A stretch of DNA of 64,000 bases from Blastocatellia bacterium. GTDB lineage: Bacteria; Acidobacteriota; Blastocatellia; UBA7656. A program made the position numbers and the translations under genes. The notes below the pieces were generated by a model, which saw only the letters and a list, made by a program, of their open reading frames with translations, was not told the DNA's origin and ran no database searches. Below, piece by piece: positions 31,201 through 39,564 of the stretch (position 1 is its first letter; each line of letters begins with the position of its first letter). The stretch covers positions 256,001-320,000 of the forward strand of contig CAVXWP010000001.1 of NCBI GenBank assembly GCA_963765495.1, written 5' to 3'.

Positions 31201-31568
31201 AGCGGGCGCTGCTTGAGACCCCCGCGGCAGGCAATCAGATGACCGAATCGGCGCTGTCGATTGAAAAGAGGCTGGACGAAATACTTCGCGCCCTGCGCGG
31301 AGACACGGTGCTGCGCGCCCGAAACGAACCCGTCCCGCCTTCGATCAGCGAGCGGGTAAACGGGATAGTGTCCGACCAGCGAATGTCTACGTCGAAGCCC
31401 ACCGAGACGCAGATGACTGCCTACAGAATCGCGTCCGATGAGTTCAGTCAGGAACTTACAAAACTGCGTTCCTTAATCGAAGGCGATCTTGCGAGGCTTG
31501 AGAAAGAGATGGAAACGGCTGGCGCTCCCTGGACTCCGGGCCGCATCCCCGACTGGAAGGATAATTGA
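28230..31568 (+). CDS. Exported BNR/Asp-box (VPS10/sortilin-like) beta-propeller glycosyl hydrolase family protein
   Basis: Repeated SxDGGxxW Asp boxes; motifs IGPALTSGR, GGTQDN, GGDGF, RWNWDSP. Confidence 0.88.
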   Translation: MTLRITRRFLLIYMALILASAPVSTLAQEEKPAADKTEQEENKKPADPMSAPTFAGLKLRLIGPALTSGRVVSFAVDPADRSHYFAAAASGGVWKTTNAGTTWMPVFDGEGSYSIGTVVLDPKNPSTVWVGAGENNSQRSVSYGDGVYRSDDGGKSWKNMGLKNSEHIGAIAIDPRNTSTVYVAAQGPLWASGGDRGLFKTTDGGKTWAKVLMISENTGVTDIEIDPRDPDTLYAASYQRRRHVWTLINGGPESAIYKSTDAGATWNKLKSGLPSVEMGRIGLAVSPANPDTVYATIEAADEKGGVFRSTDRGATWERRNPFDATAMYYGQIVADPKDEDRIYLPNTLLMVSDDGGKTVRPLGEKSKHVDNHAIWIDPENTDYYLVGCDGGIYESFDRGANWNFKSNLPITQFYDVTADNDTPFYNVYGGTQDNFSLGGPSRTHSASGILNSDWFVTQGGDGFRTQVDPEDPYTIYSESQHGGLVRVDRRTGERMGIQPQEGKNEAPLRWNWDSPFIISPHSHTRLYFAANRLFRSDDRGDSWRALSGDLSRQIDRNKLPVMDRVWGPDAVAKNASTSFYGNVVALSESPKKEGLIYIGTDDGLIQVSEDGGNNWRKIEKFPNIPDMTYVSRIAASEHDAGTVYASFDNHKNGDFKPYLLKSTDAGKNWVSIKGNLPERGSVLAIAEDSINPNLLFAGTEFGLFFTLDGGQKWIQLKGGMPTIAVRDIVIQKRENDLVIGTFGRGIYILDDFSPLRAITPDLLSRDNLLPVKNAMMYIQSQPLGGRGKSFQGESFYTAENPPFGATFTYYLKDSLKTRKQKRKDAEKEAEKKAASLPYPTMEELRQEEEEEAPTVELTVKDGQGRVVRRLSAPTSSGLHRVSWDLRYPASTLPPPRSGGEGAESIFADRPSGPLVMPGKFTVTIARRVDGVLTPIAGAQEFSVFVEGTSSMSPADRAALVEFQQKAASLQRAVSGALQTANELKTRMGAIKRALLETPAAGNQMTESALSIEKRLDEILRALRGDTVLRARNEPVPPSISERVNGIVSDQRMSTSKPTETQMTAYRIASDEFSQELTKLRSLIEGDLARLEKEMETAGAPWTPGRIPDWKDN

Positions 31569-31573
31569 TCTTT

Positions 31574-31611
31574 TGCCGATCCGAGATTTCATTTGAGATC
31601 TCGGATCGGCA
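31574..31611. repeat. 14-bp inverted repeat after the stop codon (terminator or repeat-derived hairpin)
   Basis: TGCCGATCCGAGAT / ATCTCGGATCGGCA. Confidence 0.7.
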
Positions 31612-31763
31612 GCAGCCTTTCAGCCATCGCCTTTCAGCCATTGCGAGCGACCGTCTTCGCGACCGCGCAAATATCCTGTAATCGAGCAGACCCGTTTTTT
31701 TGCCCGATTATCAGATCGGTCTAAAGACATAATGGTTCTGCCTGTTTGACGATTCACCCTGTA

Positions 31764-31929
31764 TTAGACCAATTTCCAGTCGCATATACGGCAAATGTAG
31801 GGGCAGCCCGAATGAGTACATTTATTGTGGCTGCCCGAATCCGTCGTAAGCGCGATGATGGTCATCGCCCTTCGGGCGATCCGGGCAAGGACAAGCCTTG
31901 CCCCTACACTCATTCGGGAATTGGTATAA
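31764..31929. repeat. REP doublet (REPIN-like) inside a short outer IR
   Basis: TGTAGGGGCAGCCC at 31796 and GCCCCTACA ending at 31908, in inverted orientation; outer IR TTAGACCAATTTCC / GGGAATTGGTATAA. Confidence 0.7.
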
Positions 31930-32051
31930 GCGCTTCCATTTTCAATGAAGCTGACCCCTGAATATATAGGGGTGATTTGCCATACCGATATTTCTGAAAA
32001 AAAGTTTTTTCGTCTGCAAAAAAGCGGATGGTTTTCGCGTCAGTGTATAGT

Positions 32052-32320
32052 GAGGAGGAGAGAGGCTAAAGACCCCTCCTCCGCTCGGTTGAGTTGATAA
32101 TCGGATTCATATAGCGGTGGCGCCCTTCCGCTCAAGCAACAATGCCACCGGAGTTGGCTGGTTCCTTCGTTGCCAGCCTTGAACTCCTGGATGTGGAGAC
32201 TATCCCCTCCCCACATCCAGGTTTGAGCCTCAACCCTGCCTAAATCCGGCTTTCGCCTGAGAGCCGGGGGGCTCAATTACAAGGCGCGGGAAACATCCCA
32301 TTCCCGCGCCTACTATTCTT
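32052..32320 (+). ncRNA. Candidate multi-hairpin small RNA with C-rich loops
   Basis: Six consecutive stem-loops, TATAGT at 32046-32051 upstream, no credible ORF. Confidence 0.5.
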
Positions 32321-32360
32321 TAAACTCAACAACGACAATTTGCAGGCGAGAAATCCAATA

Positions 32361-32511
32361 GGGCAAACCCGTGCGTATCTTCCAACGACGCAGGCGGAGG
32401 ATGAAGCACCGCCCGGCCGGATGGTGGCTTGGAGTTTAGCTCTCGAAGGGGAAGCCGGCATTTGGTCCCGACTACATCAAACCGCCTGCGGAGATCTTCA
32501 CCACTTAGCCC
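32361..32511 (+). ncRNA. Candidate rod-shaped structured RNA (6S-like or cis-regulatory leader)
   Basis: Nested pairings GGGC/GCCC, ATCTTC/GGAGAT, CGCAGGCGG/CCGCCTGCG, GATGAAG/CTACATC, GGCCGGATG/CATTTGGTC, GGCTT/AAGCC. Confidence 0.45.
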
Positions 32512-32537
32512 AACAATAAATTTAGGAGGAGAAAACC

Positions 32538-32993
32538 TTGAAGACAAAATCTTTGCTTTCCCTGTTTCTCACACTTGGAGTTCTTTTAGGTTCAGCCGGG
32601 TTCACCAGAACATCGGCTCAAACAAGCGGCGACACTCTTTACAAGCGATTGGGTGGATACGATGCCCTGGCGGCAGTTACCGATGATTTCATAGGGCGAC
32701 TGGCATCAGATAAGCAGCTTGGCCGCTTCTTCGTCGGCCTCAGTGATAATTCGAAAATGCGCGTTCGCCAGCTGGTCGTAGATCAATTGTGCGCCGCCAC
32801 GGGTGGGCCGTGCCTTTATCTCGGCCGCGATATGAAGACCGCGCATAAAGGGATGGGAATTACCCAGCTGGATTGGACAATAGCAGTCAAACATCTTGTA
32901 GCAACGCTGGATAAATTCAAAGTGCCTACGAAAGAGAAAGATGAGGTGCTTGCAGCCATCTCCAGCATGAAGGGCGATATAGTAGAAAAGTAG
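32538..32993 (+). CDS. Group 1 truncated hemoglobin with signal peptide
   Basis: Motifs TLYKRLGG, LCAATGGP, YLGRDMKTAH (proximal His); AGGAGG RBS; TTG start. Confidence 0.88.
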   Translation: MKTKSLLSLFLTLGVLLGSAGFTRTSAQTSGDTLYKRLGGYDALAAVTDDFIGRLASDKQLGRFFVGLSDNSKMRVRQLVVDQLCAATGGPCLYLGRDMKTAHKGMGITQLDWTIAVKHLVATLDKFKVPTKEKDEVLAAISSMKGDIVEK

Positions 32994-33026
32994 TAATTCG
33001 CAACCTGATTGCCGACCCTCCTCGGC

Positions 33027-33056
33027 GCGAGAGGGCTTCGCTTTTAGCCCTCTCGC
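33027..33056. terminator. Hairpin downstream of the hemoglobin gene
   Basis: GCGAGAGGGC / GCCCTCTCGC; no clear T tract. Confidence 0.45.
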
Positions 33057-33304
33057 AAATCAGGGCCGACTAGCAGCATATCCTGAAACACAGGTCAGGG
33101 TCCGACACTCCTGCTGCCACTTTGAGCATTTTCAAGCTCCTTGCCTTATACTCCTACACATAAAGCGATTGCAAAATTCTGCAAGGTAATTGCGCCCGGG
33201 CAATCCTTATAATGTAAGACTGCATCAAAGCGCCCAACTCAGGGAAACAGAAATTCGATTGAGGCGTTTGACCCTCTGAGATTCTAAAGCGATGGAGGTA
33301 GTTT

Positions 33305-34258
33305 ATGCGATTGGGATTTGTGCTTATAGCGATAATATCACTGGTCTGGCTCTCCGGCTGTAGCGGCGAAGGGGGGATGGACCAACGAGAAGCAATGCCG
33401 TCTTCGAGCGGGCCTGCCGCGCAGCCACAAGCTGCCCCCGATGTTGAACAGGCAAAAAAAGCAAGCGTAGAGACGCGGAAGTCGGCCTTTGACGGCAGTA
33501 GTGATGTGAACATGAACCAGCCGGTCGTTGAAATGACCAGCCGCAAGATAATTCGTAACGACGAATTGAGTGTCGAAACCGATACTCCCGCCGACGTGCA
33601 GCGAAAGATCACGGCGATAGCCGAATCGCACGGCGGTTTTGTGGTCACATCTGAGTACAAACAACAGGACAACAGAAATCTGAGCCGGACCGGCGAAACC
33701 GTGACGATCGTCGCTCGCGTCCCATCGCTACAGTTTGAGTCTGCAATTGAGCAGATACGCGCAACAGGCAGCCGCGTCTTACAGGAGAAGGTCACAGGCC
33801 AGGATGTGACCGAAGAGTACATCGACCTTGAAGCCCGCATCAGCACCAAGAAGGCGCTTGAAGCGCAGTTTCTGGAGATCATGAAACAGGCCCGAAAGGT
33901 TTCCGAGGCGCTTGAAGTGCAGAGCCAGATAGCCGATGTGCGGACCGAAATTGAGAGACTCGAGGGCCGCAAACGCTTTCTTGAGAATCAATCCGCGCTA
34001 TCAACGATCACCGTCACCCTGACGACGCCCGCGCCTACGGTCACCGCCACAACCTCAGGCTTTGGCGACGATGTGAAAAAGGCTTTCGGAGACGGGGTTG
34101 ATTTTGCGGCGGCGCTCATTCTCGGATTGATTCGCCTGATAATCGTGTTGATACCGCTTGCGGTCTTTGTCTTCCTTCCCCTGGCCCTGCTGATTCGTGT
34201 GGCCGTCAGACGCTTTCGCGTCACGCGCAAACAGGAGCCGGTTACGGACATTCGATAG
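33305..34258 (+). CDS. DUF4349-family lipoprotein
   Basis: Lipobox LSGC; motifs [30 protein letters not shown]; C-terminal TM segment. Confidence 0.85.
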   Translation: MRLGFVLIAIISLVWLSGCSGEGGMDQREAMPSSSGPAAQPQAAPDVEQAKKASVETRKSAFDGSSDVNMNQPVVEMTSRKIIRNDELSVETDTPADVQRKITAIAESHGGFVVTSEYKQQDNRNLSRTGETVTIVARVPSLQFESAIEQIRATGSRVLQEKVTGQDVTEEYIDLEARISTKKALEAQFLEIMKQARKVSEALEVQSQIADVRTEIERLEGRKRFLENQSALSTITVTLTTPAPTVTATTSGFGDDVKKAFGDGVDFAAALILGLIRLIIVLIPLAVFVFLPLALLIRVAVRRFRVTRKQEPVTDIR

Positions 34259-35159
34259 ACAAGGCCGATTCAATCTGACAGTTTGAATCGGCCCGGTCCA
34301 GAAGCAGGGGAAAGAACCGGCCCTCGATTTTTCCCCCTTGAGCGATCACCGGAACGCCCTCAAGCAGCGGCTCATTTGAAGCCGATACTACGCCGTCGCG
34401 AAAGACGTTTATTACTGCCCCCCTTCGCGGTCGGTCGGTATCGTTTTCGTAAGAGCCGTGAACCGTCAGAGGATGATGAAACGAAGCCTCGCCCTTTCGT
34501 AATTCGATGGCTATGGGCTGGAACTTGCTCTTTTGCTCTTTGGAAAGAACATCTTCGATAGCCTTCATATCACCCGCGAGTCCCGTAACCGGCAAAAGAT
34601 TCCAGAGGTGGCTCCCCGGTACGTAATGCACGCATCCGTTATCGCGAGTCGAATCGTCGAGCGCTATCCAGCACGACAGATGCGCCATCGGCTGAGTCCT
34701 TGTCCAGTAGGAATAGTCCTGATGCCACGCCACCACGCCTCCATGTCTCGGGGGCTTGCAAAACAACTGGTCGTGCCAGAAACGCACAGGGCCTTCGAGT
34801 AACTGAAAGGCCGGAACCGTGAAGGCCGGATTCCAGAGCAGGTCGTGAAAGCCGGTTGCAATTCGCCACGCCCCGAGAGCATGAAACAGGACTCTTGCGG
34901 GGTCTTTCGATTCGTTGCTGTTGTACTCGTAAAAAAGCTCTCTAAGGGGGTGCGCCGGGTCCATCAATTCATCCAGTTGCTCGCAGAGCAAGTCTACCTG
35001 CTCGGGGGTGAGCATTCTGATTCCGGCCAGATAACCATACTGCCGATAATGCTCGACCTGCTCGCGAGCGAGGCGGAAGCGTGCCCGCTCCTGCCCGGAT
35101 GAAGGCATAACAAACAGATCGCTTACGGGTTTATGATAAGCAGATAAATCTTCTGCCAT
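34242..35159 (-). CDS. Phytanoyl-CoA dioxygenase (PhyH) family Fe/2-oxoglutarate oxygenase
   Basis: Motifs WHQDYSYW (HxD), [29 protein letters not shown]. Start at ATG 35159 after GAGG. Confidence 0.88.
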   Translation of the reverse strand: MAEDLSAYHKPVSDLFVMPSSGQERARFRLAREQVEHYRQYGYLAGIRMLTPEQVDLLCEQLDELMDPAHPLRELFYEYNSNESKDPARVLFHALGAWRIATGFHDLLWNPAFTVPAFQLLEGPVRFWHDQLFCKPPRHGGVVAWHQDYSYWTRTQPMAHLSCWIALDDSTRDNGCVHYVPGSHLWNLLPVTGLAGDMKAIEDVLSKEQKSKFQPIAIELRKGEASFHHPLTVHGSYENDTDRPRRGAVINVFRDGVVSASNEPLLEGVPVIAQGGKIEGRFFPLLLDRADSNCQIESALSIECP

Positions 35160-35194
35160 CCGAATGCCCTCCTCTGAAACCGGATGCCGAGAGA

Positions 35195-36934
35195 TCAGTT
35201 GTGATATTTGTTGGTAATAGGCATGCGGCGGTCGCGGCCAAAGGCGCGCGGAGTTATCTTTATTCCGGGCGGTGACTGGCGGCGCTTGTATTCGGCTGCG
35301 TCGGCCCTGTTTATTACCCATTGAACAGTCCCGATGTCAAAGCCCTGGCTCGCTATCGCATCGGCGCTCATATCCCTTTCGATGTAGGCTTCAAGTATCT
35401 GATCGAGCACATCATAAGGCGGCAGCGTGTCCTGGTCCTTCTGATCGGGCCGAAGTTCAGCCGACGGCGCTCGCGTGATTATGTATTCAGGGATCACGGG
35501 GCGCGGTCCGCGCCGGTTGATGTAGTCGCTCAACTCATAAACAAGCGTCTTGGGAACATCCTTTAACACCGCAAATCCGCCTACCATATCGCCGTACAGC
35601 GTAGAGTATCCCACGCTCATCTCGCTCTTGTTTCCCGTCGAAAGCACGAGACCGTGAAACTTGTTCGACAGTGCCATCAGGATGTTTCCGCGAATGCGCG
35701 CCTGTAGGTTCTCTTCGGTCACATCCGGGGGCAGCCCGTCAAAGGCCGTTTCAAGCATTTTCAAGTACCCGCCAAACGTATCCTGAATGGCGATTACCTG
35801 ATAATGTATCCCGAGATTTTCCGCAAGCAGCCGAGCATCGCGCCCGCTTTCGGATGATGAATAATCCGTAGGCATAAAGACCGCGTTTACGTTTTCAGAC
35901 CCAAGCGCATCGGCGGCTATGACGGCCGTAAGCGCCGAATCAATTCCGCCCGAAAGACCTAGAAAGATTTTATCGAAACCGTTCTTTTCGACGTAATCCC
36001 GCGTGCCGATCACAAGCGCCTTATAAATCTCTTCGGCATCGTCGGGCGCTTCGTGCAGATGAGCCTCGGCAGGCGCTCGCTCGCTCGTCTGCTCGAAGTT
36101 GCTTTCGATCTCGATAACATAGAGCGACTCATCCGGGACTATGCGAATCTTTTCGCGGCGGCGGCGAGGGTCGTGCAACCGCTCGGAAAATACGCGCTCG
36201 ATGTTGATGTCGGCGATAATCAGGTCTTCTTCAAAGGCCAGCCCGCGCGCCACCACGTGTCCCGCTTCGTTGATGATCAGGCTGTTGCCGTCAAAGACAA
36301 GCTCATCCTGTCCCCCGACCAGATTGCAGTAAGCCAGCGCAACGGCATTGTCTTCGGCTCGCGTGCAGAGCATGCGCTCGCGATCAACTCGCTTTCCCGC
36401 GTTGTAAGGCGAGGCCGATATGTTGACGATCAGGTGCGCGTCGCCTAAAAGCGATTGCATCTTCGTAGGCCCGCCCGGATACCATATATCTTCACAGATA
36501 TTGATGCCGACTCGCGCACCTTCAAGCGAAAAGACGGGGCAGCGCCTGCCCGATTGAAAGTACCGCTCTTCATCGAACACGCCATAGTTAGGCAGAAATG
36601 TCTTATGATAAACGTCGACGAGTTTACCGCCTGCTATGACGGCGATGGCGTTGTAGATGTCTGACCCATCCGTATCAACGAAACCGACCAGGATTAACTG
36701 ATCCCCGGCCGCCTCTATCACGCTTTCGAGCGTGCGACGGTTCTCGCGCACGAAGTGGGGTTTTAGCAGCAGGTCTTCCGGCGGATAGCCTGTCAGCGCA
36801 AGCTCGGGAAAAGCGATAATATCGGGCGAAGCCGACTTTGCCCTGTGGATGTAATCAATCACAAGCTCGGCATTGCCCTTGAGGTTTCCAACCGTAGGAT
36901 TGATTTGCGCGAGTGCTACTCTGATAGTATTCAT
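35195..36934 (-). CDS. nadE: Glutamine-dependent NAD+ synthetase
   Basis: Nitrilase-fold glutaminase domain (FPEL, K, ICEDIW) plus synthetase domain ([33 protein letters not shown]). Confidence 0.95.
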   Translation of the reverse strand: MNTIRVALAQINPTVGNLKGNAELVIDYIHRAKSASPDIIAFPELALTGYPPEDLLLKPHFVRENRRTLESVIEAAGDQLILVGFVDTDGSDIYNAIAVIAGGKLVDVYHKTFLPNYGVFDEERYFQSGRRCPVFSLEGARVGINICEDIWYPGGPTKMQSLLGDAHLIVNISASPYNAGKRVDRERMLCTRAEDNAVALAYCNLVGGQDELVFDGNSLIINEAGHVVARGLAFEEDLIIADINIERVFSERLHDPRRRREKIRIVPDESLYVIEIESNFEQTSERAPAEAHLHEAPDDAEEIYKALVIGTRDYVEKNGFDKIFLGLSGGIDSALTAVIAADALGSENVNAVFMPTDYSSSESGRDARLLAENLGIHYQVIAIQDTFGGYLKMLETAFDGLPPDVTEENLQARIRGNILMALSNKFHGLVLSTGNKSEMSVGYSTLYGDMVGGFAVLKDVPKTLVYELSDYINRRGPRPVIPEYIITRAPSAELRPDQKDQDTLPPYDVLDQILEAYIERDMSADAIASQGFDIGTVQWVINRADAAEYKRRQSPPGIKITPRAFGRDRRMPITNKYHN

Positions 36935-36937
36935 TGG

Positions 36938-37053
36938 CAGTGATCGGTGATCGGTGATCGGTGGTCCGTAGTCAGTGATCGGTTCGTTGTAACCTTATCT
37001 TCGATTTGAAAATAGCGGCAATAGCCGGAAAAAATACTGACCACTGACCACTA
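36938..37053. repeat. GTGATCG/GGTCAGT-heptamer palindromic element
   Basis: CAGTGATCGGTGATCGGTGATCGGTGG ... CTGACCACTGACCACTA; contains the BMC-P stop. Confidence 0.75.
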
Positions 37054-37320
37054 TTTTTCAACTTCTACGGTGTCAACGATGCCGACAACGGCCGCGTCAA
37101 TCGGGCATTCCTTGCACTCGAAAGCCATGCGCGCCGAGCTTCCCTGCACGATCAGCACCGTTTCCTGATAGCCCGCGCCCACGGTATCAACCGCGACTAT
37201 ATGGCCCTTCTCGTCCTGACCGTCAACCCCGATCATGCGCGCAATGAGCAATTTACGCCCGTGAAGACGGTCGTCCTTTCGCGTAGCCACTACGGTTCCA
37301 ACTATTCGGGCTAATATCAT
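37051..37320 (-). CDS. BMC vertex (pentamer) protein, EutN/CcmL family
   Basis: MILARIVGTVVATRKD...AVDTVGAG...GSSAR...DAAVVGIVD. Confidence 0.93.
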   Translation of the reverse strand: MILARIVGTVVATRKDDRLHGRKLLIARMIGVDGQDEKGHIVAVDTVGAGYQETVLIVQGSSARMAFECKECPIDAAVVGIVDTVEVEK

Positions 37321-37327
37321 AATCGTC

Positions 37328-37426
37328 AGGGGCCAGGGGTCGGGGGTCGGGGGCCGGGGTTTACGGAAGAACGGCGCGCATTGCAACCGATTTACCGACC
37401 CCCGGCCCCTGACCCCCGAATCCCGG
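37328..37426. repeat. GGGGTCG/GGGGCCA-heptamer palindromic element
   Basis: AGGGGCCAGGGGTCGGGGGTCGGGGGCCGGGG ... CCGACCCCCGGCCCCTGACCCCCG. Confidence 0.8.
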
Positions 37427-37428
37427 CG

Positions 37429-37716
37429 CTATTTCCCGCGTGATTCGTAGGTGACGGGCAGATTTTCATCCACGGAAGAGTGCGGACGCGGGATGACGTG
37501 GACACTCACAAGCTCGCCCACTCGCCGGGCCGCCGCCGCCCCTGCATCCGTAGCCGCCTTTACGGCCGCCACATCTCCGCGCACGATGGCCGTGACAAGG
37601 CCCGCTCCGATCTTCTCGTAGCCGATCAGGGTGACGTTGGCGGCCTTGACCATCGCATCGCTTGCTTCGATCATCGCAACCAGCCCTTTGGTCTCGATCA
37701 TTCCAAGTGCTTCCAT
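37429..37716 (-). CDS. BMC hexamer shell protein (EutM/PduA-like)
   Basis: [10 protein letters not shown]...DAMVKAA...[13 protein letters not shown]...VHVIPRPH. Confidence 0.95.
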   Translation of the reverse strand: MEALGMIETKGLVAMIEASDAMVKAANVTLIGYEKIGAGLVTAIVRGDVAAVKAATDAGAAAARRVGELVSVHVIPRPHSSVDENLPVTYESRGK

Positions 37717-37729
37717 ATATTCTCCATTC

Positions 37730-38563
37730 TCATTGATTCATTTTGCTTGCGACCATGCGCGCAGCTTCCGTTATGAGCGCGGTCAATTCTCTTCGAGTGA
37801 GCGTTACGGTCTCGTCGCCGTTGCCTGCGGAGTGAGAATGAGTGGCGCTGCCTACGGCGCAATTCGACGCGTGCCCCTGAAGGTATCCGCACGCCTGACA
37901 GTTGCGAGCCTCAGCCCCCATGTACCCGGCTCGCTCTCTCACATCCAGCAGTTTGTCGATGGCGTCGGCAGGCAATTCATTTGGTCGCCCGACGATTCTG
38001 GCAATCAGGGTTATCTTGGCGAAATGTTCGAGGGTCTCCATCCGCGCGTGCGCCATATCGAGATCGGGTCCGTAGGCCACCGCTCCGTGATTGGCCAGCA
38101 ACAGCGCATCGTGATGCGGTATGTAAGGCGAGATCGAATCGGTTATCTCGTTTGTCGAAGGGGTGCCGTAAGCCGTGAGCGGTATGCAGCCAAGCGTGAG
38201 AATCACTTCCGAAAGCAATGGCTTGTCGAGCGCGACATTGGCAACGGCGAACCCGGTCCCGAAAGGCGGATGAGCGTGGACTACCGCGTGAACATCGGGC
38301 CGCAACCGGTATATGCTCTGATGCATCGCGAATTCCGAAGAAGGGTTTCTTTCCTGGTTCCGCAGTTTGCGACCCTCGATATCGACAAGCACAAGCATCT
38401 CTTCGGTCATCCGCCCTTTGCACACCATCGTCGGCGTAGTGACTATATTGCCGTCGCCGAGTCTTGCGCTGATATTGCCGTCGGAAGCGGCGACAAAACC
38501 GCTCTCATAAATGCGGCGGCCTATCTCGACTATATGCTCTCTTATTTCGCGCTCGGTCTGCAT
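37730..38563 (-). CDS. Class II aldolase/adducin family protein (FucA-like) with Cys-rich linker and putative encapsulation peptide
   Basis: Motifs [27 protein letters not shown]; tail [14 protein letters not shown]...[16 protein letters not shown]. Confidence 0.88.
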   Translation of the reverse strand: MQTEREIREHIVEIGRRIYESGFVAASDGNISARLGDGNIVTTPTMVCKGRMTEEMLVLVDIEGRKLRNQERNPSSEFAMHQSIYRLRPDVHAVVHAHPPFGTGFAVANVALDKPLLSEVILTLGCIPLTAYGTPSTNEITDSISPYIPHHDALLLANHGAVAYGPDLDMAHARMETLEHFAKITLIARIVGRPNELPADAIDKLLDVRERAGYMGAEARNCQACGYLQGHASNCAVGSATHSHSAGNGDETVTLTRRELTALITEAARMVASKMNQ

Positions 38564-38717
38564 TGGAACCACTTTCGCTCGCTTCGAACTTCCGCAATTG
38601 GCAAGTGTCACGTGCAATGCGCCCGGCTGTCAAGCGACAGATAGCTGGGATGAACCTTTTGTGATCGCGTGGTGCGCGTTGACTCCGCCGCGCCCGGCTA
38701 CATATAGTCAACTTGTT

Positions 38718-39500
38718 ATGCAAAAACCGCCGGAATCGCGCCGCCCTCAAATTTTGCTCACCCGCCCGACCTATGAGTGGATCACTCGCGTAAGCCGGAA
38801 ACACGAACAACTCAAGAACCTTCGACTCTCCTCCGAGCAGAAAGCGAAGCTTGACAGGTGGGTTGAAATCGAGTTCGCTCGCTCGACTCTTTCCCTCTAC
38901 GGCCTCAACGTATCACACGAGCAGGTCTCGTTGATTGCCTCTCAGCCGTCGCAGGATTTGAGCCGGGCAAGCGATCAAGAGCGATCTATAGCCGAAACGA
39001 TAGGGGCGTTCCGCATCATAGCGGGGCTCGCGCAAAGCGAAGGGCGAGGGGCGGCGCTTACACCCGAATTTCTCTTGAAACTCGGCGACCCTTACGGTCA
39101 CGGAGGCCGATTTCGCAACTCATCAGGCGGTGCTGCGGGCAATTTGAAGCCTGTCTCGGCTCAATACCTGCCGGCTGCCATCGAGACCGCCTGCCTGTGG
39201 TTTTCCGCCGAATCGTTTGCCGAGCTAAATCCCGTTGAGCAGGCCGCGATAGTCCATTTGCGTCTTGTCGGAATTCAGCCTTTCGAGCAGGAGAATGAAA
39301 GAGTGGCGCTTGCCGCCGCAAGCCTCTTTACGCTTCGAAGCGATTTGCCGCCCGTGACAGTTACGCCGGAACGCGCTCCCCGTTATCGTGCGGCGCGCGA
39401 CGAAGGCTTGCGGATGAATACGACCCCGATGGTAGAGCTAATGGCTGAACTCATCGAGGCGACTCTCGATGAGATGATAGGCTTGATCCGAGGAAAGTGA
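38718..39500 (+). CDS. Fic/Doc-fold protein with degenerate signature
   Basis: NPVEQAAIVHLRLVGIQPFEQENERVA versus canonical HPFxDGNGRxxR. Start at ATG 38718, just below TTGACT-18 nt-TATAGT (38679-38708). Confidence 0.7.
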   Translation: MQKPPESRRPQILLTRPTYEWITRVSRKHEQLKNLRLSSEQKAKLDRWVEIEFARSTLSLYGLNVSHEQVSLIASQPSQDLSRASDQERSIAETIGAFRIIAGLAQSEGRGAALTPEFLLKLGDPYGHGGRFRNSSGGAAGNLKPVSAQYLPAAIETACLWFSAESFAELNPVEQAAIVHLRLVGIQPFEQENERVALAAASLFTLRSDLPPVTVTPERAPRYRAARDEGLRMNTTPMVELMAELIEATLDEMIGLIRGK

Positions 39501-39564
39501 TTCGCGCCGGACAATAGTAACCAACTTCAGAAGAAATCAACTTCAGAAACCACCCGCTCAAATG

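Noticed and set aside
32358-32400. c-di-GMP-I riboswitch (GGGCAAACC...GACGCA)
   Set aside because: No GNRA-capped P2 stem or GCAAA segment; the bases fit the long rod pairing better.
33061-33118. SRP RNA or other ncRNA (CAGG and AGCAG words, repeated CAGGG(T)CCGAC)
   Set aside because: The motifs are in the wrong order and there is no GGAA tetraloop; evidence is too weak.
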